Positions 53,854-63,290 of a DNA stretch of 64,000 nt are shown here, in pieces. The first letter of the stretch is position 1. Each line of letters begins with the position of its first letter. Source of the stretch: Methanomassiliicoccaceae archaeon (GTDB lineage Archaea > Thermoplasmatota > Thermoplasmata > Methanomassiliicoccales > Methanomassiliicoccaceae). Made by a program: the position numbers and the translations under genes. A model generated the notes under the pieces. It made no database searches. It saw only the letters and a program-made list of their open reading frames with translations, and was not told the DNA's origin. The stretch covers positions 416,001 through 480,000 of the forward strand of contig CAVSJV010000005.1 of NCBI GenBank assembly GCA_963728405.1, read 5' to 3'.

Positions 53854-55037
53854 GACGATCCCTCCAATGTTTTCTTATATACTTCAGCGGTGCGCTGGGC
53901 CATCACCGTGGCGCTGAACTCCTCGGTGACCTTGTCCCTCGCCCGCACACACATCGATCGGGTCGAGCGATGATCGTTGAGGATGGCCTGTATCCCGTCC
54001 GCCAGGGCGCCCGCATCGCGGGGAGGCACCAGCAGCCCGGTCGAGCCAGGCGATATCATCTCCGGGACGCCGCCGACCGATGACGCGATGACCGGGGTCC
54101 CCGAGGCCATGGCCTCAAGGAGGGTCATGGGAAAGCTCTCCGAATATGAAGGGAGCATGAACGCCGATGCCAGCGGATAGAGGTAAGGCATCTGGTCGTA
54201 CGCTATCGGTCCGAGGAAGCGGCACCTATGTTCTGGCAATCCCAACCGGGAGGCCATATGTTTCCACTGCTCCACGTCGCCGTTCCCCGCGAAGATGAAG
54301 GTCGGCCGCAGGGACTTGTCCATCATCGAAGCGGCCTTGAGGGCGGTGGAGATGCCCTTCAGGGCGATCATGCGGCCGGAGAATAGCACGATGTTCTCCA
54401 CTCCCTCGAGGGACGGGAAGTGGGACAGGCAATCGTTGATGCTCTTTGGGGAGAACATGTTGGTATCGATCCCATTGTGGATGACCTTCGATGGGCAATC
54501 CACCCCCAGCCGGTCCTGGCACCAGTCGCGTATGAACTCGGAGACGAAGATAAGGGAGGAGCAACGCCGCATGTACAGACGTTCGGCCGTGCTCAGGAGC
54601 GGAAGCAGGAACAGGGTCATGCGCTCCGATCGCTCCAACTGCCGGATCGGCAGCTCCGAGGACCGGGTACCCATACGCTGCGAGCCAATGGTACTGTGGA
54701 CAGTGGTGACCGAAGGCACTTCCTCGCCGAGCACCTTGAACATGATGTCCGCCATCTGGGCGTGGTTCGAATGCAGGAGATCGAAATGATAGGCGTCGTT
54801 CAGCTGCCGGAAGGAGCGCCAGAGAGCGATCTGGAACTGGTTATTGTACATGAAGGTGTCCTTGGCCGTGCCGAGGGAATGGATGATGACGTTGTCCACC
54901 TGAGGCATTTTTCCTTCCTTGCCTAGGCAGATGACATGCACCTCGTGCTCGGGCGAGAGGTTGTTGGCCAACTGGAGGACGTAGCTACCTACCCCGCCCC
55001 AGCTGAGGAACTCCGGCGTTACCATGGCTACACGCAA
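53850..55037 (-). CDS. GT4 glycosyltransferase
   Basis: GGVGSY, IHNGID, ESFPMTLLEA (EX7E). Confidence 0.92.
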   Translation of the reverse strand: MRVAMVTPEFLSWGGVGSYVLQLANNLSPEHEVHVICLGKEGKMPQVDNVIIHSLGTAKDTFMYNNQFQIALWRSFRQLNDAYHFDLLHSNHAQMADIMFKVLGEEVPSVTTVHSTIGSQRMGTRSSELPIRQLERSERMTLFLLPLLSTAERLYMRRCSSLIFVSEFIRDWCQDRLGVDCPSKVIHNGIDTNMFSPKSINDCLSHFPSLEGVENIVLFSGRMIALKGISTALKAASMMDKSLRPTFIFAGNGDVEQWKHMASRLGLPEHRCRFLGPIAYDQMPYLYPLASAFMLPSYSESFPMTLLEAMASGTPVIASSVGGVPEMISPGSTGLLVPPRDAGALADGIQAILNDHRSTRSMCVRARDKVTEEFSATVMAQRTAEVYKKTLEGSS

Positions 55038-55047
55038 GATCTCACGC

Positions 55048-55893
55048 TCAGAGGATTTGGAATGGTGTAGGGGTCGGGGACTTCTCCGACCTCTTTGTCA
55101 TGTTCATGTCGAACTCCCCCTGTGCGCTCCAGAACCGCCGCTCCAGCAGCTTGGTCATGATGGTAAAGCCTGCCTTGAGGGGGACCAGCTTCGTCTCTCC
55201 GGCCCGGGGCAGGTAGATGATGGGGATCTCCTCTACTCTTAGCCCCTTCTTGCTCGATTCGGCGAACAGCTCAGCCTCTAGCTCGAAATGCTTGGAGTTC
55301 AGTTCCAGCGTTCTAAGGGCCTGTCCATTGAACCCCCACATGCCTGTGCAGAGGTCGGTGCAGCGCTGCTGGTAGAGCAGGGATGCGAAATCGCTGAGCA
55401 GGATGTTCCCGAAATGGTTCAGCCGGGTCATTGCCCCTTCATGGATGTCTCCGAGGAAACGGGAGCCCATGACCACGTCCGCTCCCCTCTCCAAGGAGGA
55501 GACGACATCGAGTATGAACCGCGGCGGATAGGTGCCGTCGGCGTCGAGCATGATCAGATACCTGGCGTCTAGCATGGAGGCCAGGTCGGAGAATCGCGAG
55601 CACAGCCCCCCGCGTAGAGCCAAAACCTCGGGAACGACCTCCTGGGGATCGCACAGGGCGAGGGCCTGTCGCACTGCCACTCCCTTCCCCCGGCCTTTCT
55701 GCACCAGGATGTAGGCGCCCTTCTCACGGGCGATGTCAAGGGTCCGGTCGGTCGAATTCCCGTCGACCACCACCACTCGCACATCGAACCCCTGACGTGC
55801 TAGTTCCTCGCGGGGAATAGCATCGATAACATGGCCTATGCTGCCCTCTTCGTTCAATGCGGGGATCATGACCACGATCTTGGCCGCAATCAC
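55048..55893 (-). CDS. GT2 glycosyltransferase (polyprenol-phosphate sugar synthase-like)
   Basis: IPALNEE, VDGNSTDRT, GKG, LDADGTYP, GSRF. Confidence 0.9.
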   Translation of the reverse strand: MIAAKIVVMIPALNEEGSIGHVIDAIPREELARQGFDVRVVVVDGNSTDRTLDIAREKGAYILVQKGRGKGVAVRQALALCDPQEVVPEVLALRGGLCSRFSDLASMLDARYLIMLDADGTYPPRFILDVVSSLERGADVVMGSRFLGDIHEGAMTRLNHFGNILLSDFASLLYQQRCTDLCTGMWGFNGQALRTLELNSKHFELEAELFAESSKKGLRVEEIPIIYLPRAGETKLVPLKAGFTIMTKLLERRFWSAQGEFDMNMTKRSEKSPTPTPFQIL

Positions 55894-56099
55894 TGGGACC
55901 CCCTCCTTCTGACAAAGCTTGCGCTAGTATACACAATCCCAACACGCTCGATACGAACCACCCCTACTTTTGTTAAAGACTATTCATAAGGTTTAGCCAG
56001 TATTCTGATTTTTGTTGCACGACCGGAAAATTTATTTGGACCCCCCCATACTTAAAGGTTTCTCAGACCAGATATTGGCCTCTCCCGCGTGGTATGCCA

Positions 56100-56762
56100 T
56101 CAGAGGGGTCCGGTAGCCCGGCGGGGGAGGGCGGCGAGGAAGAGCAGGACGGCCACCAGGAACGTTAGGGCGAAGAACACGAGCAGCAGGGAGCGGTACA
56201 GGTCCAACCCCGGTCCGCGGGAAACGATCGCGAAATAGATGGCCTGCAGTCCGGCCATGGCGCCCAAGGGAACGGAAAGCACGAGCAGCAGGCGCCTTTC
56301 CTTCTGATCGTATGAGCGCACCGACCTCAACGCATCCCACGGCCGCAACGCCACCAGGAGGATAAGGGCGGAGATGGAGAACAGGATGACCTCCACCCGG
56401 ATGTCGAAGGCAGTGTTGAACTCATGCAGCTGGAACCACTCGTCCGACCACGGGTAGAGTGGCCATATTGAGCCGATGTACAGGTCCCCCAGGAGGTGGG
56501 CGCCCGCCGCCAGTAGGGCGAGGCCGATGATGGCGGGCCGGGGACGGAACAGGACGATCAGCGGCACCAGGGTGACGGCCAGCATGAGCGCGAGACCGAA
56601 GAACGAATGGGTGAACGCCCGGAGCATGCCCAGGTGCAGGAAGTCCGGCAATAGGGCGAACGTTCCCAGGCAGGCCAGCGCCAGGGCCCTCTCCCTCTTC
56701 AGGTAGACGATGAAGGGGAGGCAGATTAGGAATGAGAATGCGAGATGACCGGGGAGCCACAT
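56100..56762 (-). CDS. YdjM-like membrane metal-dependent hydrolase
   Basis: GH, LLPD, RAFTHS, HLLGD, LYPW motifs among TM helices. Confidence 0.75.
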   Translation of the reverse strand: MWLPGHLAFSFLICLPFIVYLKRERALALACLGTFALLPDFLHLGMLRAFTHSFFGLALMLAVTLVPLIVLFRPRPAIIGLALLAAGAHLLGDLYIGSIWPLYPWSDEWFQLHEFNTAFDIRVEVILFSISALILLVALRPWDALRSVRSYDQKERRLLLVLSVPLGAMAGLQAIYFAIVSRGPGLDLYRSLLLVFFALTFLVAVLLFLAALPRRATGPL

Positions 56763-56941
56763 GAGAACACCGAGGGATGCCGGCAGCCCGCCGGTAGATG
56801 GTGAGATATGGGGGCGTAAAAGACTTGAAGCTTTCCTGGACCAATTATGCTGGCCATCATCTGGGTAGGGAGGCATTTGATGAGCAAGTTTAATAAGACC
56901 TAGGCTAGAATAAAAGCGCCAATGCGCCGGGAGGGGGAACG

Positions 56942-58621
56942 TTGAGGAAGGTTGAGACCACGGTCCGTCCGTCATTCCTATATCTTCTCAGCTTCACTGG
57001 CATGGCCATCTGCCTTGCTTCCTCGTTGGGATACCAGCTGCAGTTTGTCCCCCTGGGAACGCCCTTTGGCCTGTTCGGCCTGTTGCCGGTGACCTTCTGG
57101 ATCGGAATTGGGTTCATGGTGGGATCGATGGCCCTAGGCATGCGGGCCGGTTCGGAGACACTGTTCTTCGTGCAGGCCTTGTTGCTGTTCCTGGCCATTT
57201 GGGGTGTGCCCGCCTTCTTCGAGAAGTATCCCACCGTCTGGGACTCCTACATGCATTACAACTCGGCGCTGGCCATCGCCCGTAACGGAATGGTGCCGAC
57301 CGATCCGACCTTCGCCTACGCCTACAACTATCCTGGGTTCTTTGTCCTGGGGGCATCGTACTCCCTACTGGGCATCCCACCGGCTTTGGATTTCCTGAAA
57401 TATTACCCGCTGTTCGCCGCCGTGTTCACTCTGGCGGCCATCTACATGTTCGTGCGGACCTACGTCCCGCGGATGGACCACCGCCTGGCGTTCCTGTTCG
57501 CGGCCTTCGTCAACGTGTGGCTGCAGTTCAATTTCTCACCCCAGTCCCTGGGGCTGGGGTGCGGGCTGCTGATATTCGTGTGCCTGGAGAGGGAGGGACG
57601 GGACTGGCGGCTCGCCGCCCTCGTGCTGTTCGCGTTCATCACCATCTCCCACCCCACCACCCTGGTCTTCGTGCTGGGGGCCATCGTCCTCAAAGAGGTC
57701 TTCGGGCGGCTGTACCGCCTCACCTTCGCCCGTAACCGTCCCATGAAGTGGGACCGCCCGTGGCCGGTGGGAGCGTTCATACTAATCTGGCTGGGCTGGT
57801 TCTTTACCGGGGCGTCCTCCTTCTCGCTCAACCTCGTGGAGTTCATCTCCGCCCGCATCCAGTTCCTAGGCCAGATCAATGAGAGCGTGGCCAACCAGTG
57901 GAATCTTCGGGCCACTCCGGAGAACATCCTGGGCGCCCTCTACCCCCAGCTGCGCACCGGCGCGGTGGGGGTGTTCATCCTGCTGACCGGGCTGGCCCTC
58001 ATCGCCTTCCTGCTGCTCCGCCGCAAAGGGCCGGCGAACTTCCCCAAAAATATCCTGGCCCTGTTCATAATTCCTTTCCTGATCATCCCCCTGGACACGC
58101 TGTTCTTCAATGGCCAGCTGTACGATCGGGGCATCCTCTATCTAGTATTGGTAGCTCCCCTCATCTTCGTTCCTCTGCTCATGACCCGTCGCCGGAAGTT
58201 CATCCGTCCGGCCTTGGCCGCGGTGATCGTCCTGGTGGTGGTCCTGTGCCTCTCCACTCTGTACTACCAGGAGGCACTGTACATCAATAACGATCAGGGC
58301 ATCGCCGCCTCCGGGTTCCTGTCTGATCAGGTTCCCCGTACCTATGTGGCCGGGGGGTACTACCCTTACGACGTCTGGAGCGGCTCGCCGGAAGGGTACC
58401 AGCGCTTGAAGATCAGCTCGTTGTATAATCAGACCACCGAGCAGATATCGTCGTACTACGGGAGCGGGACCTTTATGTTCGACAAAACCACGGAGCTGTG
58501 GTATCGCCAGTGGGGGATAATGGATATGTACGACTTCTATCGGGACCAGGCCCCCCACAACTACAAGGTCTACGATAACGGCGCCTACTGGGTGATGTAT
58601 GTACCGAGGTCGTCGGCATGA
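56942..58621 (+). CDS. Polytopic membrane protein (about 13 TM), GT-C/polymerase-like
   Basis: WDSYMHY and YNYPGF loop motifs, SHPTT; located in the glycan cluster. Confidence 0.65.
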   Translation: MRKVETTVRPSFLYLLSFTGMAICLASSLGYQLQFVPLGTPFGLFGLLPVTFWIGIGFMVGSMALGMRAGSETLFFVQALLLFLAIWGVPAFFEKYPTVWDSYMHYNSALAIARNGMVPTDPTFAYAYNYPGFFVLGASYSLLGIPPALDFLKYYPLFAAVFTLAAIYMFVRTYVPRMDHRLAFLFAAFVNVWLQFNFSPQSLGLGCGLLIFVCLEREGRDWRLAALVLFAFITISHPTTLVFVLGAIVLKEVFGRLYRLTFARNRPMKWDRPWPVGAFILIWLGWFFTGASSFSLNLVEFISARIQFLGQINESVANQWNLRATPENILGALYPQLRTGAVGVFILLTGLALIAFLLLRRKGPANFPKNILALFIIPFLIIPLDTLFFNGQLYDRGILYLVLVAPLIFVPLLMTRRRKFIRPALAAVIVLVVVLCLSTLYYQEALYINNDQGIAASGFLSDQVPRTYVAGGYYPYDVWSGSPEGYQRLKISSLYNQTTEQISSYYGSGTFMFDKTTELWYRQWGIMDMYDFYRDQAPHNYKVYDNGAYWVMYVPRSSA

Positions 58622-59811
58622 GGGTCGGGCTGGTGAACCTGATCACCAAGACCGCCGACATACAGGCGGATGGCAGCGTCCTCCGCTCCGGCAGCCTGCG
58701 TCCCGGCACCGATCAGGACCTCAACATCGTGGACACCGCCCGGCGGCTGGCCCGCATGGGGAACGAGGTCACCATCTACGTCGCCGACGCCTACCGGCCC
58801 GAACATCCCGCCGACCTGGAAGGGATACAGGTGAAATATATCCCCACCCGTCTGCCCTGGCTGTTCCCCCCGTCGCTCGCGCCGTTGACCCCGTCGCTGG
58901 CCAAGCTCCTGCGCTCCGATGACCTGGATGTCGTGCAGGCCGGCGAGGTCTTCCAGCCCGGGACGGTGCTGGCCTGGTCGGCATCTCGCGGCTCCGGGCC
59001 GGCCATGTTCATCTGGCAGGAACTGGACACCTACATGCGCGGGCCGCTGGGGTGGGTCCAACGGCAATTCTACAATACCCTGGGGAAAAGCGTGGTCCGG
59101 GGGTGCTGCGGCCTGATACCGCGGTCCCGCTCGGCCCGAAGGCATCTGCTAGAGGCCGGGGTACCCGAGGAGAAGATCGCACCAGTGGTCCATTCCGGCG
59201 TCGATACTCGCATCTTCCGGCCGATGAACAAGCAGGAGTCCCGCGACCGGTTCGGCATTGACGAGGACCGCAACGTGCTGCTCTCCATCGGCCGCATGCA
59301 CGAGAACAAGGGCATGGACCTGCTGGTCCGGACGATGTGCCGCCTCCGGGCCGGCGAGCCTGACGGTCTGCTTATTCTGAAGGGAACGGGGCCGCAGGAA
59401 CAACATCTCCGTTCCCTGGTCCATAGCCTGCATCTCGAGGACAACGTCACCATCATGACCGAGCGTTTGTCGGCCCGGGACATGGCAATGCTGTACAATT
59501 CCGCCGACCTGTTGACCGTCACCAGCCGCACCGACCTGTTCCCGTTCACCGCCATCGAGGCCATCGCCTGCGGTGTTCCGGTGGCGACCTCCTTCGCCCG
59601 GGGGCTCAAGACCGACATTGTGGACCGGGGGGGCGGGGCCATGATATCGGCCCAGCCCGAAGAGATGGCCAGGGATCTGCTGGCGCTCCTTGAGGACCCT
59701 GTTCGACTGGACCGGTTGGGCAGCAAGGCCCGGGAACTGGCCCTCACGGACTTCGATTTCGAGGTGGGTGCCGATAGGCTGCAGCGCATCTACTCCGGAG
59801 GGAGCGGTTGA
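58618..59811 (+). CDS. GT4 glycosyltransferase
   Basis: HSGVD, GRMHENKG, DLFPFTAIEA. Confidence 0.88.
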   Translation: MRVGLVNLITKTADIQADGSVLRSGSLRPGTDQDLNIVDTARRLARMGNEVTIYVADAYRPEHPADLEGIQVKYIPTRLPWLFPPSLAPLTPSLAKLLRSDDLDVVQAGEVFQPGTVLAWSASRGSGPAMFIWQELDTYMRGPLGWVQRQFYNTLGKSVVRGCCGLIPRSRSARRHLLEAGVPEEKIAPVVHSGVDTRIFRPMNKQESRDRFGIDEDRNVLLSIGRMHENKGMDLLVRTMCRLRAGEPDGLLILKGTGPQEQHLRSLVHSLHLEDNVTIMTERLSARDMAMLYNSADLLTVTSRTDLFPFTAIEAIACGVPVATSFARGLKTDIVDRGGGAMISAQPEEMARDLLALLEDPVRLDRLGSKARELALTDFDFEVGADRLQRIYSGGSG

Positions 59812-60926
59812 GGATCGCCTTCATTCCCCAGGTCGGGGTGGACCCGACCAGCTCTGAGCGAACGCCCAAGCTGCTCTACCTCTTGTCCCAATGGTACGAG
59901 GTCGAGGCGGTGCCGGCGGGACAGCTGGACAAGCGGGTGTATGATCAGAAGGGTAATCGTTTCTCCCGTTACGTTCTGTTCGTTCTCAACGAGCTGCTCA
60001 TCACGTGGACCACGCTGCGGGTCGGAAGGCGCCGGCAGGTCTCGGCCGTCTTCGCCGAAGGGACCTACTACTCGCTGGCCGGAGGTCTCGCCGCCCGCAT
60101 CCTGGGGGTGCCGTTGATCTGGGACAATCACGGGAACATCAGGGACTTCTCCCGGACGCTGGGCAAGTCCCGTTATTTCATGTTCGGCAATCTCCTGTTG
60201 GAGCGCTTTCTGGTCCGCCTCGCCACCCAGGTGCTGGTGGTGTCCCAGAATGAAGTGGAGGCCTACCGCTCGCTGGGCTTCGATACTTCCAAGTTCGTGG
60301 TCCTCCCGACCTGTGCCGACATGTCCCTGGTGGACGCGCATACCGTGCCCCGGGAGCAGGCCCGCCGAGCTTTGGGCATCGAGGCGGGGACCAAGGCGGT
60401 GCTGTTCTTCGGCACCTTGAAGTACATGCCGAACCAGGACGCCGCCCTGTACCTGGCCCGGGAGATGTATCCCGCCGTGGCGGCGGAGGTGCCCGGGGTC
60501 AAGATGTTCATCGCCGGCACCGGGCAGCTTAGCGAGGAAGCGCCCCCCGGTGTAATAATGCTGGGCTTCGTGCCCGACCTCTACCTGTGGCTATCGGCCG
60601 CGGACGTTTGTGTCGCACCCATGTGGAAGGGCGTGGGCATCCTGACCAAGGTCATCGACATGCTGTCGGTTGGCTGCGCCACGGTGGTCAGCCCGTTGGC
60701 GCTGGAAGGGATCCCCGAGCTGGAGCACGGTACCAACTGTATGGTGGGGCAGGACCGCGAGGCCTTTGTGCAGGAGGTCATCGGCCTGCTGCGCGATCCC
60801 GTTCTAGCCGCTGATCTGGGTGCAGAGGGGCGCCGCCTGGTCATGACCAGTTACTCATGGGAAGAGGTCTCCCCGAAGCTGCGGGAGCTTATCAGTTCTA
60901 TAGGCAAGGGACCGACAAGTTCATGA
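59808..60926 (+). CDS. GT4 glycosyltransferase
   Basis: FGTLKYMPN, ADVCVAP..GVGILTKVID. Confidence 0.85.
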   Translation: MRIAFIPQVGVDPTSSERTPKLLYLLSQWYEVEAVPAGQLDKRVYDQKGNRFSRYVLFVLNELLITWTTLRVGRRRQVSAVFAEGTYYSLAGGLAARILGVPLIWDNHGNIRDFSRTLGKSRYFMFGNLLLERFLVRLATQVLVVSQNEVEAYRSLGFDTSKFVVLPTCADMSLVDAHTVPREQARRALGIEAGTKAVLFFGTLKYMPNQDAALYLAREMYPAVAAEVPGVKMFIAGTGQLSEEAPPGVIMLGFVPDLYLWLSAADVCVAPMWKGVGILTKVIDMLSVGCATVVSPLALEGIPELEHGTNCMVGQDREAFVQEVIGLLRDPVLAADLGAEGRRLVMTSYSWEEVSPKLRELISSIGKGPTSS

Positions 60927-60953
60927 ACGCCCTACTGCCAATCGAAATACCGA

Positions 60954-61916
60954 ATGGGGGGTCATAACGTGGGGGGGAAGACGGTAAGAGTTCTGGTAGG
61001 TCCGGGTAGGCCATATGACCTCCTATTGGTCTGTCTCCTGGTCGCCGGCGCCGTCCTGCTATCCACCTATCATGTGACAGGCCCCCTTATGTGGGCCCTC
61101 GGGTTCATTGCGGTGTTCTTTGCTCCCGGTTATGCGCTGGTCTCGGCCCTGTTCCCGGGACAGAAGGCCATCCTCTCCCAGTCCTTCATGATCAAGCGGG
61201 AGGAGCGGCTCATTGACATCAGCTTCCTGGAACGATTGGCCCTCGCTTTGGGATTGGGCGCGTCGGTCATGGCCTTGGCCGGTACTCTGATCACCAGGGG
61301 GATCCTGGACCTGACGGCGCTGACCGTCGGCCTGGAAGCGGCCGTCTTCACCTACACGTTCTCGGGCCTGGCCATCTATCGAAGATCACGGCTGCCCATG
61401 GGCGATCAGTTCGCCCTGCTCATCCGTCCCCGAAATGGGAAGAGGCCCATAACCGCCGCCGAGAAGGGCATTTCCTTGGTCATCGCCTCGGCGCTGGTGG
61501 TCCTGGTGGCGGTGACCGCGACCGGCCTGACCGCTCATCCCACTTCGGTTCCTTTCTCAGAGTTCTCCATCACTGGGGCGGACGGGAACATGGAGCACCT
61601 CCCTCGGGCGCTTGCCACCGGCCAGCAGGGGCTGGTCAAGGTGAGCGTGGTCAATCATCTGGGGGGGAGCGGTCATTTCGTTCTGACCCTTTCGCTGGAA
61701 GAGAACGCCTCCGCCACCGCCTCCTTCGATGCTGGTCGGCCGGTCTCGGTCAGCGTCGGCGGAGCGCGCTCGATGACCGTGGACCTGGCCGATGGCCAGG
61801 CCTGGGAGTCCACGCTTACCATCCTGGTCCCCGCCACCGGAGAGAGGACCTTGTTCTTTACGCTGGCCGACGGCCAGGAGGTAAAGAATCTATGGATCCC
61901 CTTGACCATCACCTAG
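60954..61916 (+). CDS. DUF1616-family membrane protein
   Basis: FAPGYALVSALFP, ERLALALGLG, FSEFSI, VVNH. Confidence 0.82.
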   Translation: MGGHNVGGKTVRVLVGPGRPYDLLLVCLLVAGAVLLSTYHVTGPLMWALGFIAVFFAPGYALVSALFPGQKAILSQSFMIKREERLIDISFLERLALALGLGASVMALAGTLITRGILDLTALTVGLEAAVFTYTFSGLAIYRRSRLPMGDQFALLIRPRNGKRPITAAEKGISLVIASALVVLVAVTATGLTAHPTSVPFSEFSITGADGNMEHLPRALATGQQGLVKVSVVNHLGGSGHFVLTLSLEENASATASFDAGRPVSVSVGGARSMTVDLADGQAWESTLTILVPATGERTLFFTLADGQEVKNLWIPLTIT

Positions 61917-62125
61917 GGACCGCGGCCATCGTCCCACCGCTGGGCCTTGGGCTGGCCTTCCTGTTGCCCTCCCTCGCCATATGCCTGGTGTGTTTGATGG
62001 GTATGCTGATGCTGAGCGCCGCCGCCACTGCGCGGAAGAGGAGGCTGATGACCCCGGCGATGTTCAGTCTGCTCACCCTCACGATCATCATACTCGCCCT
62101 GGCGGTCCGGAGCGTCCTTACTTGA
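61892..62125 (+). CDS. Small 2-TM membrane protein
   Basis: Hydrophobic ORF whose TGA overlaps the next ATG (TGATG). Confidence 0.5.
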   Translation: MDPLDHHLGTAAIVPPLGLGLAFLLPSLAICLVCLMGMLMLSAAATARKRRLMTPAMFSLLTLTIIILALAVRSVLT

Positions 62126-62928
62126 TGTCCCAGCAGGATGCCTATTCCACGAGGTACCGGGAGGTCGGCTGGCCGGTGTTGGGGGCGCTGATCGCGCCCA
62201 TGTTCCTAGGTTGCTTCTCCGTATACCTGTTCCGGCTGTCCGGCGAGGAGGCGACCATCGCTGCCGGGCTGGTGCTCCTCTCCGCCGGACTGCTGGCCTG
62301 TATCGCCCTGATACTGTTCTCCAGCAGCGGGGCGGTCCAAACGGCCGCCTCGGCGATCGCGCTGGTACAGTCGGTCGCTCTGTTCGCCATCCTGCTTCCT
62401 GGTTCCGGCCTGATCTATATCGACGCGGCCATATTGTTCGCTGCATCGGCCGCGGCGGTGTTCCTGTATGGCCGGACGGTCGAACTGCCGTCGATGGGGG
62501 TGACCCGGCTGAAGGAAAGCTCTGTGCTGGTGGTGTTCCTGCTGCCGGTGGTTCTGGCCTTCGGGCAGGCTCTCTTCCTCGGCCTGCGGTTCTGGGAGAG
62601 CTATCAGATCGGACGCCTCTCCCTGCTCTTCGTCCCCCTGCTGGCGATGTGGGGTTATGTCGAGGAGGGGCTGTTCCGGGGCATCGTCCAGCGTTCGGTG
62701 ATGCCGTTACTGGGTGGGAGGGGTGCCATCGTGCTCTCGGCCTTCCTCTATGCGGCATTCATGATGTTCTGGGGCTCCCTGCTCTACACATTCTTCTCTT
62801 TCCTTGTAGGCCTTCTCATGGGCTACCTGTATCTGCGCTCCCGCAGTCTGATGTATGTGGGGACGATACACGCCCTCCAGGACACCTGGATGGTGATCGC
62901 ATTCCTCATCCTGGGCTTCGCCTTATAG
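62125..62928 (+). CDS. CPBP/Abi (type II CAAX) intramembrane protease
   Basis: EEGLFRG, SRSL...HALQD. Confidence 0.82.
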   Translation: MSQQDAYSTRYREVGWPVLGALIAPMFLGCFSVYLFRLSGEEATIAAGLVLLSAGLLACIALILFSSSGAVQTAASAIALVQSVALFAILLPGSGLIYIDAAILFAASAAAVFLYGRTVELPSMGVTRLKESSVLVVFLLPVVLAFGQALFLGLRFWESYQIGRLSLLFVPLLAMWGYVEEGLFRGIVQRSVMPLLGGRGAIVLSAFLYAAFMMFWGSLLYTFFSFLVGLLMGYLYLRSRSLMYVGTIHALQDTWMVIAFLILGFAL

Positions 62929-63290
62929 CAGGCGCCCTTCTGACGGGACCTCTTGATCCATCCGCCCGACTGTACGTGCATCGCTTGATGCATAGATGTC
63001 GAATGTTCACAAGCGTGACTTCCGATAGTCCCGACCATACATTCTCGATGCCTCGGTGGAAGAAACCGATGGCAGTGTCTCACGTTTCCTTGTTCCATAA
63101 AAGCTCCCTTTCCTCAACATGAGGGTCGATGCGGGCCATCTAATCGATCGTTTCAGAGCGCCGGATCTATCGATGACCCTGGCATTTAGATATCGAAGTG
63201 GGAGATCACGAAAGGGGGCACGCTCGTTAAGTGATTCCCGGGGAGGACCCCCGTTCACAAAATAGTTAATATGGCGTGCTCAAATAAAAC

